Assembly: GCA_035221665.1 (NCBI GenBank)
Contig: CM069132.1
Coordinates: 118,854,001-118,918,000 of the forward strand
Source: Okamejei kenojei
Taxonomy: Eukaryota
Direction: 5' to 3'
Length of the DNA: 64,000 nt
The translations under genes were made by a program, and so were the position numbers. The notes beneath the pieces are model-generated. The model made no database searches, had not been told where the DNA came from, and worked only from the letters and a program-made list of their open reading frames with translations. Positions 39,680-50,912 of the stretch are shown here, one piece after another; within the stretch, counting starts at the first letter, position 1; the number at the start of each line of letters is the position of its first letter.

Positions 39680-40903
39680 TCTATGTACTTTTAAAACTCT
39701 GTGTGTGTGTATGTGTGTGTGAGTGTCATTATTTTTGCCTTTGATTCGTAACTCCGCCAAAACCAGACGCAGAAACGCCGAGTTTTTTCCATTTCAGTAG
39801 CCATTTTACTTTTACATGCGCTGATCCACTCCTCATTAAATGTAGTCATTTTTCTGTACACATTTTTAATAAAATCCTTCCCCCCCATCCCACTCACTCA
39901 TTTTTTGCCTCACGCTGGCCACTTTCTCATCGCGTGCCCCGAGCGAACACCTGCTGCCGCCCGGCTCTCCTCCACTTCCCAACCCCACCCCCCCCCCCAC
40001 ACCCCCGGCCTGGCTCTGTCACGCTGGCGGAACCCAAAGACCCAGCTGGTCCCCCCGCTGCTTTTCGCCGTCCTCACTGGCGGCCCGCAGGCTCACTCGG
40101 CATCACGCACGCCCGCCCACTCCACCTTCCCCACCCCCTTCCCCGTACATGCTGGCAGAAGGCACACATCGGCCTCACAGACTTAACCATGAGTGGCCCC
40201 CGCGTTTAACCAGGGCTCTGGGAAGTTGGCCTCTGATGGGAACAAGGAGGCTTCCAGAGGGTAGGCAGGGACAACTTACAATCAGTATCAGAGTGGCTCC
40301 GTTAATGGATTAATTCCACAGTGAGTTCAGTTGGGCAACAACCCCCCCTCTCCTCCCCCCCCTTCTTCTGCCCCCTCATCCCTTCGCTCCTCCCATCCAT
40401 ACCCCCCTCTCACCCCTCCCCCTCTCACCCACTCCCCCCTCACCCCTCCCCCTTTCACCCCCTCCCCCCTCGCACTCCCTACCCCCTTCCTCCCCCCACC
40501 TCTCACCCTCCTTTCCCTCCACCTCTCCCCTTCCCTTCCCTTCCCCCACCTCTTCCCCTCTCTACCCCCACCTCTCCCCCTCCCTTCCCCCACCTTTCCC
40601 CCTCCCTTCCCATCCCCCACCTTCCCTCTCCTCCCCTCCACCCCCCTCTCCCTCTTGCCCCTCTCTCTGTCTCTGCCCCTTCTGTTTCTGCCCTCACACT
40701 CTACCCCCCCCCCCCCCAGAAGTGCCTGCGAGTTGGGGGCTATGCCTCAGTAGATAGGGCCGTTATGGGGTAAAAGGAGCAAATTAATAATATTAATATA
40801 ATATCAAGGGGGTAGTTAGCGTGTGTGACGCTGCATGCTGCCCTCCCCCTCCCCACAACCGCACGTTGGGTGAACAGACCCAACGGGTCTGCACTTGATC
40901 TAG
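39680..40903 (+). mobile_element. Non-autonomous Helitron
   Basis: Starts TC after A (39679); ends with hairpin cagaccc-aac-gggtctg (40875-40891) then CTAG followed by T; no TSD; absent from the paralogous arm (~44560). Confidence 0.85.
40340..40718. repeat. C/T-rich low-complexity tract inside the Helitron (G-rich on minus strand)
   Basis: Runs of ccc/cct; the overlapping Pro-rich and Gly-rich ORFs are compositional artefacts. Confidence 0.9.
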
Positions 40904-41074
40904 TAGACAATTAAAAATAAAATACTATAATTCAAACATGTGAAGAATGAAATAAAATGCCAGCGCACAAGGAGGCTACAGACTTTTGGCTGTTGAGTAG
41001 AGCTACTGCTTGCTTTTATGTCTTGCTGTGGCGGCTCTGACAGTTTGGAGTCGCCTTTCAGAGGGAAGTGCTTA

Positions 41075-42100
41075 GGTCCTCTGGCAGTCTAGGTGCTGGA
41101 GGATGAAAAGCAGGCCAAGGTTGACTACGTCATCCACTGACCTATAACCCGGTATGCAAACTGCAGGGGGTTTGTGATATTTTTCAGGTAGGGTCAGCAC
41201 CAGTCTTTCAACGATCTTCATGATTACAGAGGTCAGTGTGACAGGCCTGTAGTCATTAACATCGGTAATCCTTGGCTTTTTGGGTACGGAAAAAAGAGTG
41301 GCGATTTTGAACGTTTCAAAATCCAGCGGCAACAATGTTCCGATGCTTGAAAACACACAGCGCGTCAAACGTCCTCATGTCGCGTCTCGCTGCATCAGTC
41401 AATGCGCCGGTTTTCGCCAAAAATATCGTCAAGTGGGACAGGCCCTTAAGTTGGCGTGAAGTGGTGATTGGGGAGGAGTGTGTGAGGAAGGGTCCTGCTT
41501 TGCAGACTGGAGTCAGGCAGTGAGTAGGTGTGAAGCGGTGATTGGGGAGGAGTGGTTGGGGAGGAAGGGAGGGTGTACCGGGGTTATGTTTCTGTCTATC
41601 GAACATGCAGTAGAATTCGTTCAGATCGTTGGTCAGCTGACGATTGTCTAAGGAGCGGGGGGTTTTCCTTTTGTAGCTGGTGATTTCTTGCAAGCCCTTC
41701 AAAACTGAAGAAGAGTCATTAGCTGAGAACTTGCTCCTCAACTTCTCAGAATACCTTTCCTTAGCAACTCTGATTCATCTTCTCAGCTTGTACTTGCCCT
41801 GCATGTAGAGGTCTGTATCCCTCCTGTAGACCTCATCTTTAGACTGACGGAGGTGTCTGAGTTCTGCTATAAACCAGGGCTTGTCATGGTTGAACCTGAT
41901 CCGGATCCTAATGGGAATGCAACTGTCCTCACAAAAGCTGACATATGATGTCACGGTGTGTGTATATTCATCGAGGCTTGTGGTTGCTTCCCTGAACACA
42001 TTCCAATCCATGCAGTCAAAGCAGAACTGTAAGTTTTCATGCCCTCGATTGTCAACTTTGTCATTGTTCTGACCACAGGCTCAGCAGATTTTAGTTTCTG
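41075..42100 (-). mobile_element. Rex1/Babar LINE internal fragment
   Basis: ORFs: DWNVFREATTSLDEYTHTVTSYVSFCED..KPWF; LNEFYCMFD; PKKPRITDVNDYRPVTLTS. Confidence 0.9.
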
Positions 42101-42105
42101 CCTTT

Positions 42106-42345
42106 AGGGTGGAACAGTGGCGCAGCGGTAGAGTTGCTGCCTTACAGCGAATGCAGCGCCAGAGACCCGGGTTTGATCCTGACAACGCGTGCTCTCTGTA
42201 CGGAGTTTGTACGATCTCCCCGTGACCTGCATGGGTTTTCTCTGAGATCTTTGGTTTTCTCCCACACTCCAAAGATGTACAAGTTTTGTAGGTTAATTGG
42301 CTTGGTAAATGTAAAAATTGTCCCTAGTGTTAATGTGCGGGGATG
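42106..42345 (+). mobile_element. tRNA-derived SINE
   Basis: A box tggcgcagcgg and B box ggtttgatcc; related copies on the minus strand at ~45505-45575, 56735-56805 and 62845-63090. Confidence 0.85.
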
Positions 42346-42555
42346 ACGCAACCCTGATTGGACTGATCCAGGATGGGGAGGAATCTGCCTAGACAGGAAG
42401 TGACACAGCTGGCATCCTGGTACCTTCGCAACAACATGGAGCTCAATGCTCTGAAAACGTTGGAATTATTTGTAGATGTTAGGAGAGCTCCCCCTCCCCT
42501 CACCCCACTCACCCAACAACACCACAGTTTCCATGTGGAGTCATTTAAGTTCCTT

Positions 42556-44060
42556 TGAAATAGCGGCACATTTGGATAGCAGTAACAGGATTGGTCCGAG
42601 TCAGCATGGATTTACATGGGGGAAATCATGCTTGACTAATCTGGAATTTTTTGAGGATGTAATTAGGAAAATGGACAAGGGAGAGCCAGTGGATGAAGTG
42701 TACCTTGTCTTTCAGAAAGCTTTTGATAAAGACTCACATAAGGAGATTATTGGGCAAAATTAGGGCATGGTATTGGGGGTAGAGTGCTGACATGGATAGA
42801 AAATTGTTGGCAGACAGGAAACAAAGAGTAGGGATTAACGGGTCCCTTTCAGAATGGCAGGCAGTGACTAGTGGGGTACGGCAAGGCTCGGTGCTGGGAC
42901 CGCAGCTATTTACAATAGACCTCAATGATTTAGATGAAGGGCTTCAAAGTAACATTAGCAAATTTGCAGATGACACAAAGCTGCGTGGCAGTGTGAACTG
43001 TGAGGAGGATGCTATGAGAATGCATGGTGACTTGAACAGATCGGGTGAGTGGGCAGATGCATGGCAGATTCAGTTTAATGTGGATAAATGTGAGGTTATC
43101 CAATTTGGTAGCAAAAACAGGAAGGCAGATTACTATCTAAATGGTGTCAAGTTGGGAAATGGGGAAGTACAACTGGATCTGGGGGTCCTCGTTCATCAGT
43201 CAATGAAAGTAAGCATGCAGGTGCAGCAGGCAGTGAAGAAAGCGAATGGTATGTTGGCTTTTATAACAAGAAGAGTTGAGTATAGGAGCAAAGAGGTCCT
43301 TCTGCAGTTGTATAGGGCCCAAGTGAGCCCACACCTGGAGTATTGTGTGCAATTCTGGTCTCCAAATTTGAGGAAGGACATTCTTGCTATTGAGGGAGTG
43401 CAGCGTAGGTTCACAAGGTTAATTCCTGGGATGGCGGGACTGTCATATGCTGTGAGAATGGAGCGGCTGGGCTTGTATGCTCTGGAGTTTAGAAGGATGA
43501 GAGGAGATATTATTGAAACATATAAGATTATTAAGCGTTTGGACACGCTAGAGGCAGGAAACATGTTCCCGATGTTGGGGGAGTTCAGAACCAGGAGTCA
43601 CAGTTTAAGAATAAGGGGTAAGCCATTTAGAATGGAGATGAGGAAACACTTTTTCTCACAGAGAGTTGTGAGTCTGTGGAATTCTCTGCCTCAGAAGGCG
43701 GTGGAGGCCGGTTCTCTGGATTATTTCAAGAGAGAGCTAGATAGGGCTCCTAAAGATAGCAGAGTCAGGGGATATGGGGAGAATGCAGAAGGAGATCGCA
43801 TTCCACCACAGTGTAGAATGTTGATTCCACTGTGGTGGATGTTCATGTTGTATTTTAGTGTGTATTGTGCTCTTTTGTTTGTATGGCTGCATGGTAAGTC
43901 AAATTCCACTGTACCTTAATTGGTGCACGTAGCAATAAATGTGAACTTGAACTTGAACGGGGTACTGATTGGGGATGATCAGCCATTATCACATTGAATG
44001 GCGGTGCTGGCTCGAAGGGCTGAATGGCCTACTCCTGCACCTATTGTCTTTTGTCTATTC
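42556..44060 (+). mobile_element. Young 5'-truncated CR1 LINE
   Basis: RT motifs FQKAFDK, QGSVLGP, FADDTK, HLEYCVQFWSP; (ctattgt) tail at ~44040-44060. Confidence 0.95.
42792..43919 (+). CDS. CR1 ORF2 reverse transcriptase C-terminal portion (375 aa; last ~43 aa read into an insertion)
   Basis: SGVRQGSVLGPQLF, ISKFADDTKL, WNSLP. Part of a truncated LINE, not a host gene. Confidence 0.85.
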   Translation: MDRKLLADRKQRVGINGSLSEWQAVTSGVRQGSVLGPQLFTIDLNDLDEGLQSNISKFADDTKLRGSVNCEEDAMRMHGDLNRSGEWADAWQIQFNVDKCEVIQFGSKNRKADYYLNGVKLGNGEVQLDLGVLVHQSMKVSMQVQQAVKKANGMLAFITRRVEYRSKEVLLQLYRAQVSPHLEYCVQFWSPNLRKDILAIEGVQRRFTRLIPGMAGLSYAVRMERLGLYALEFRRMRGDIIETYKIIKRLDTLEAGNMFPMLGEFRTRSHSLRIRGKPFRMEMRKHFFSQRVVSLWNSLPQKAVEAGSLDYFKRELDRAPKDSRVRGYGENAEGDRIPPQCRMLIPLWWMFMLYFSVYCALLFVWLHGKSNSTVP

Positions 44061-44379
44061 TCCATGATCTCCAGGAACCTTAAATGGGAGGCCAACATCG
44101 ACTCAAAAAGGCCCAACTGAGGAAACACAATCTGCCACAGGCAATGATGGTCCAGTTTTATACTGCCATCATAGAGTCTGTCCTCACCTTCCTCATCATG
44201 GTCTGGTTTGGCTCAGCCACCAAGCATGACATCCGGAGGCTGCAGCGCATTATTCAATCAGCCTTGAAGGTTGTTGGCTGCAACCTTCCCCCCCATTGAA
44301 GAACTGTACGCTGCAAGGACCAGGAAGAGAGCGGGTAAGATCATCTCTGACCCCTCTCACCCTGGCCACAAATTCTTTG

Positions 44380-45485
44380 AAGCACTTACCTCTGGAAGGC
44401 AACTCCAGACTGTCAAATCTGCCACAGCCAGACATAAAAACAGCTTTTTTCCACGAGCAGTAGCTCTACTCGACAGCCAAAAGTCTGTAGCCTCTTGTGC
44501 TCTGGTATTTTATTTAATTCTTTACTTGTTTAAATTATAATGTTTTATTTTTAATTGTCTACTGTATATCATGTTGTTACTTGCGAGCAAATCACCAAGG
44601 CAAATTCATTGTATGTATATATACTTGGCTAATAAAATTTATTCAATTCAATTCAATTCAATTCAAAATTTGATGGGCACCTCAGAAAAAAACTGCCTTT
44701 TCTGTTCTTTCAGTTAGTGCTGGCTATTTGCAAAGCAGCAATTTAGAAAAAAGGCTGATCTATGATTAGGGTGGAAGATCTTGTCAGACTCATCTCTAAT
44801 TTATGGTTATTTAAATTAAATGTAAATTGCGTGATTTCATTTGCTTTTATACACAGTTTTTCTGAGAATATTTTCAATAAAATCCAATGCAGAGAACTAT
44901 ATTCTGCACTCTGTACCTTCTGCTTTGCTCTACTTATTGTACTTGTATTTGATTTGATAATATATTATTTTACAGTATTATCTGAACTGATTAGATAGCA
45001 TGCAAAACAAAGCTTTTCACTGTACCTTGATACACATGACGACAATAAATTTAACCTCAATCTTAAACGAAACACCACAGGAATCAAGTATGGGCAGATG
45101 GTGGTAAGTTGGTAGCACAGCAGATAGTGCAGGTACCTCACAACTCCAGCGACGTAGGTTAAATTCTGACATCCGGAGCTATCTGTGTAGATTGTACTCT
45201 TTGTCCCAGCGACTACATGGGTTTTCCCTGGATGTTCCAATTTGCTCACATACCACAGTGATGGTCTGGATGTTGAACTGGATACTGTCATGTGGATGCA
45301 GATGGTGGGCATGTGAGAGAGAATAGATTACAGGGAAATGAATGAGGGAATAGGATTGATGGGATAGCACTGAGAACTGCCATGGAATTGACAGGCAGAA
45401 TGATCGTCTTTGTTATAAGAAATAAGAATACTAATAAATAAATGTGAAGAAGGTAATCATGAAAGGTATAATGTGGGACAAATGT
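44380..45485 (+). repeat. Right arm of inverted duplication
   Basis: Reverse complement of 38794-41073 once the Helitron is removed. Confidence 0.9.
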
Positions 45486-46146
45486 CTTCATCAGTAAGGG
45501 CGTTAAGTCCGGATCAAACCCGAGTCTCTAGCATTGTAAGGCAGCAACTCTACCTCTGTGTCACTGTGCCGCCTTCTATGGAACACAAATGGTGATGGGT
45601 AACCTTATAGAGGTATATCAAATTGTGGGGGACAGAGATAAGATATATATAGCCACAGTATTTTATTCCCCTTGGCAGAGGATTCCACAAATAGAAAGCA
45701 TAGGATTAAGGAGAAGGGAAAGATAAAGAAGAGACCTAAAAGACAATTTCTTCCTGGTGAGTCATAGAGTGATACATCACAGAAACAGGACCATGGTTCA
45801 ACTTACCTATGCTGACCAAGAAGTCCCATCTACTAGACCCACCTACCCCTGTTTGGCCCATATTCTTCCTGTCCGTGTACCCGTCAAAATGTCTTTCAAA
45901 TGCTGTAATAGTACCTACTGCAATTACCTACGCTGGCAACACACTCCATATGCCTACCATCCCCTGTGTGAAAAATTTGCCACTCAGAGGGTGGTGCTTA
46001 AATGGAATGAGCTGCCATAAGAAGCTTTTTAGGCTGCTCTAATGGCACTATTTAAAATACATTTAGGAAAGATTTAAGGAAATATGAGTCAAACACATCC
46101 AAACTGCAATTTTTGCAATCTTGGATGGAGCGGTTCCTATACTATG

Positions 46147-46280
46147 CTATGATGCAGCCCGATAAAATGTTTTCTTGAGGAACTTCACCATTGCCTTTTG
46201 TGCATCCGCACAGCTTTTGCTGAGGGGCAAAGTAGTGTTTGACACTCTCAACCTTGATGTGTTCATAACATTACGTGGGA
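46147..46280 (-). CDS. Candidate terminal coding exon of an unidentified host gene
   Basis: Acceptor atttcttctgcag; the only open frame reads PRNVMNTSRLRVSNTTLPLSKSCADAQKAMVKFLKKTFYRAAS*; non-repetitive context; protein not recognised. Confidence 0.25.
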
Positions 46281-49209
46281 CTGCAGAAGAAATCCATGCT
46301 TCTATCACAACGTTATAAATCGAGGAATTGTTGCAATAGGAATCAATTTTCAACAATACATGAAACAAATTGCAAATGGATTTAAACAAATGGGACTGTG
46401 AAGTGAAATGGATTATCACAATGGATAATATTGTTAAGTCATGGTAATGTTACATTCACCAGCTGAATGAAACTGGAGAGATCTGCATACTTTTTTCTCT
46501 TCATTAATTCAGGCAGGAGACATTTAGGTATGTGCAAGATTAACAGTGAGTTTACTTTATTGGAGGATAAAATAGGATTAAACGAGAACATTGTTTGAAG
46601 TTTGATCTTTATTTTATGAGAAGTTGAAGTGAGGGACTACGTGAAGAGCCCGCCAGCCCGCATGCTCGTCAATCTTCAAAGCAACTGTATGAAAACACAG
46701 ACCACTTGCACGAACTTAAATTATAGAAAGATTAAGAACGTTTCACTTACCGAATGATCTTTATGAGAATCAGGGTTGGGAGTGGAGGGCACGTAGTCCC
46801 TCACTTCAAACGGTAACTTCTCCTTTAATCTATTTTATATCGAAGTCACATGAGTGACTATGTGAAGCCTTCAAAGCTCTGTGGTTTCATGCAGTAAACC
46901 AATCTGTGTGTGAAACACTTAACCAGATAAACCATAAATGGTAGAAAAGACTTGGGCTATTAACAACATGATGCAAACTTATATACATGTCCATTGCCCT
47001 TTATTGGACCACAGTCCCAATTGGCTTTGAGTTAGACAATAACTCATGCAACACTATTCAGAATTCTATCTGCAACCATCCAGACATGTTAACGCAATTT
47101 ATAACTTCTGAAAGTGCACTATGAGAGCCCCCTGCTGTTCAAGAAGATGATCAAAGGGGAAATTCCATTCTATTGGCTGCTAATGAACCAACCTCCCCCT
47201 GGTAGACTGAGACTTGAAATTATTTGAATTCACTCCCGCTTTTTATTGCTTACACTCTATCCATCTTGAAATAGTCTGCACCAATGATCTCTTGTGAAGT
47301 TATTAAATAACTATGAAGAAACTATTCTTCGTTTCATAGGTACTAGTAAGCTCAGTATACCTTTTACATAATCAACACCTCCAATCTCCGATCTGTTGCG
47401 TATGCTGTCAACTCCAATTTACCCAACCGTGCCCGTTTGCTTTATGAGTTCATTCATAAAAGCTATCCTTACGTCAGATATGACCCAGAGATCCAGCCAG
47501 AGATTGAATAAAGACTGTGTTCTTTGTGCTGAAATCAGTTGCCAAAAGCATAATTAACTTAAAAGATACTGCTTCAACATGAGGATTGCACAATATTTGC
47601 ATAATCCCACTACTTTTAATCTAGGCTTCAGAGTATTCATATAAAAGACACCTTTCATAACCTTAGTTAACAGTGGGTAAATAAACAATAATTTGTTGTC
47701 CTACTTATATAACTAGATACAAAGCAACAAGAGCAGTGTTGAATGCACTATAACATAATTGCTTCTTTTAAACCCAAACTGAAACCACAAACCTCTGCCA
47801 CCTGTTTAAAGCAGCTCACATGTATCTCTTCACAAACTTCCCATACAATCATGCAATGATAGTTGCACAAGAAATAGGCTGAACTAGCCACCACTCGTGT
47901 CTTTGAGTAAATATAGGAGCTTCTTTCAGCAGACTTATCTTGAATGGAAGCCCTGGGTGATTAGGCCAAAATGGCACTACTATAATTCATGTTGTCTATA
48001 AACTCTGTGACAAAATGCCCTCTCGTGTATTAATATGGAAAGGTATGCACTTTCAACATTGATTGAGGCCCTAATTACTCTGTAATCAGCTAAATTGCTA
48101 CGTGACAAGTATTAATCTTAAACTGGTTATACCAACCACATGGTCAGTCTAACCTAATCGAAGCCTGATTTGGCATCCTCTATTTTCCTTCAACCATGAG
48201 AAAATATTAAAATATACCCTCTAGTTCTTGGGCAGACTGCTCTTCCTTTGTGAGATGTCTCTGTTCCACTTGGATGGCCATAGTTTCCTCTTTGAACCAC
48301 ATGCATGTAAATGGGAGTCTTACCCTCTAAGGGTGTATTTACCACACCCACCGCAGCCTTGAAATTCTTTCGCACTAAATTAACATAATTTGGATAGACC
48401 TCAGGCCTATCCGGCCTAACACAATTGAGTTTAGACTGCAAATACACAAAAGTGCCACAGTGTCTACTGTAAATCAGACAGCAGAATTCCCTCTACTGAC
48501 CTTGCAAAAGCCGATCCTCCCCTGAGAAAACTCACAACTTTCTGGGGTATAAGGCCTTTAACTTGTTTTGCTTCAAATGGTGACAAAACCTACCAAAACC
48601 CCAGTGTCTGGCAGAATCATAACATATAATCAGATCCTTATGACTAGAGCTGAAGCGCAACATCCACTTGATGTGGGAATACGAGTTCCCTGTCAACTCC
48701 TCACCGTCAGAGTCATCACGAAACCTCAGCCTCCTTCCTCAGAGTGGAAAATAGCATAATGCAACCCTGAACCAGGAATTGCTCCGCAGTCCTCTGACTG
48801 AAACCACCTGTCTCAGTCGCCAGTGTGCGCAATACACTCTCTTCGACCAGCCACTCAATCAGGAATTCTGGTATTGAGAGCCTACAGATTATTATATATA
48901 TTTTTCTATTCACAAGATGAACCTGCAGGTCAGATAAAAAATGCTAAATGCCAGACCGGCTTTCTGCTGGTAGCTACCTATCCCAGAGAGGATGGCAATG
49001 ATGTTTCCAATGAACTGGCAATTCATTATATAGCTGAGCTGAAAGAATTAAGCATGTGTTGAGGGGAACCTCAAACTACCTCACTCTACTGAGCAGCCTG
49101 ATAACCTCAATCACAGATGTTGAGGCAGTGCTTCCCTGGTCAATATGTTCCATTTGGCCAGTCAGTTCCAAGTTGGTCTACCCTGAACCAGGGTAGCCAA
49201 ACTGTTCCT

Positions 49210-49915
49210 ACTTGGAACTTACAGAGGTTGCTATGCAGGGCACCCTACCAATGTCTCCTCCAGAGACAGTGAAAGGTACTAGACAGACCATACTGCCGGT
49301 AAATCCAAGCCTGGGGCGACAGACTGCTCCGTTTCAGAGTTTTATGTGGGTTAGTAAAGAGACCTTACCTGCCAGCATCTCTGAGCCCAGGTCAACCCCC
49401 TTGTTGGAGCTTCAGCGAAGTTCCATTGCAGACCATGTCTGACCACATCTTCAGCCTACGCTTGCCAAACAGCTCTTTTCCGGAGTTCCAAAGCGACACT
49501 GCTGTGCAGGACATGCCTGCCAGCATTTCTGAGCCCAATGGGATAGACTGCTTCTTCGGCCTACAGCCTCTTTGGAGCTTTACTGTGCAGGTCACGCTAC
49601 CAGTTACTCCCAGCCTGGTTTGACAGGCCGCTCCTTCGGCCCCTTCTGCTCCTTTGGAGCCTTAGCGGAGCTCACTGAACAGGCCGCGCCTGCCATTACT
49701 CCGAGCCTGCCTCGACAGGCTGCTCCTGCGGGCCTTCGGCCTTTTTTGGAGCCTTTGCTGGAGCTGACAGTGCAGATCGCGTTGCCAGTTTCTCCCAGCC
49801 TGGATCGACAGGCTGCTCCTTTGGCCAGCTGCTCCATCGGAGCCTCAGTGGGGCTCACTGGACAGGTCATGCCTGCCATTACTGCAAGCCTGGTTCAACA
49901 GGCTGCTCTTGCGGG
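49210..49915. repeat. ~91-bp GC-rich tandem array within DIRS A
   Basis: Best-preserved units start at 49582, 49674, 49767 and 49857 (core agcctg..gacaggctgctcct); more degenerate units lie upstream. Confidence 0.8.
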
Positions 49916-50804
49916 GCCAGCTAGTGACTCCCGACTGCTCCTTTCCGGAGCTTCAATGGCGCTTCCTGCCTCTTGTTATACAGGGGTGAAAAACCGCCGG
50001 AATACTGGAACATTACCCACATAGGATGGTACTCCACCCCCGCAGCCACCTTAAAACTCCCCCTGCAACTCTGCAACTTGCTACATAAGAGAAACTATGC
50101 AGGCTGCACGTTACTGGCCCCATAAAAATGAGCCATTTTGTGAATTATCTCATGCCTTATAGCATTTTTGCGAAGGCAATAGCCCCAACTATGTATTACA
50201 TAGAAGTATTAATGCAGCTTTCTGCACTTCCGAGAGTTGAGACCCATCTATTGACTTTGCAAAAGGCCGTAATGACTCCAGTGAGCAGTTTTTGGACTCG
50301 CTGAAATAATCCGTTGCGTACATATCATCACTGAGATATCCCAACTGATGAAATTGATTTATGGAATATCCAAATGTCTGGCAGTTATCTGGACTGGCAT
50401 ATTTCCCAGCCGTATCCAGCATATTCCCCTCCTTAGCTAATGAGAAGTTGAATCCCTGATGCTCTTAGCCAGTTCTTCCTTCCGTGAATCTCCTATCCCC
50501 AAAGGGATGGCAAATATGTGACAAGAGCCGGTAGCTCCTTCATATGATTAAAATGCAGCATATCCCCCATTAGTTCAACGGATTCGATTTCCTTATCGAT
50601 ATCCACATATTCGGAGACACCTTTATAATAATCTCCAACACTCCCCTATTTTGAGCGAGAAATATTATAACGCAACACTGAGCCAGGTGTTGCTTCCCTT
50701 CTTCTGAGCGGGAGATACTGTAACGCAACCCTGCACCAGGTGTTGCTTCAATAGGCATCTGACTGGCATAGCCTGTATGTGTCTCCTGAGCCAGGAGCAC
50801 ATTT

Positions 50805-50912
50805 CCTTTTTCATTCTTTGTATTTATTTATCCATTTATTTTTATTTATTTATGCATCCATCTTTATTTATTTATTTATTTATTTGTTTGTTTGTTTATT
50901 TGTTTATTTTTT
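50805..50912 (+). repeat. (TTTA)n/(TTTG)n microsatellite
   Basis: Direct observation. Confidence 0.9.

Larger units (their letters stand above)
38794..41073 (-). repeat. Left arm of inverted duplication (Rex1 3' end plus ~790 bp flank; interrupted by Helitron)
   Basis: Reverse complement of 44380-45485, e.g. acatttgtcccacattatacctttcatg vs catgaaaggtataatgtgggacaaatgt; (gaatt)n tail at 39578-39597. Confidence 0.9.
42350..44665 (+). mobile_element. Rex1/Babar LINE 3' half split by a CR1 insertion
   Basis: QEVTQLASW..NALKTLELFVDVRR..VESFKFL (42373-42555) resumes after 44060 with FYTAIIESVLT..LTSGRQL; (attca)n tail at 44641-44665. Confidence 0.9.

Noticed and set aside
40321-40773. Pro-rich and Gly-rich ORFs of 104-150 aa
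   Set aside because: Artefacts of the C-rich low-complexity tract inside the Helitron.
42106-42185. tRNA gene
   Set aside because: A and B boxes are followed by a SINE body, with several diverged copies in the window.
49210-49915. Possible CRISPR-like array
   Set aside because: Units are similar along their whole length with no unique spacers, the context is eukaryotic, and there are no cas genes.
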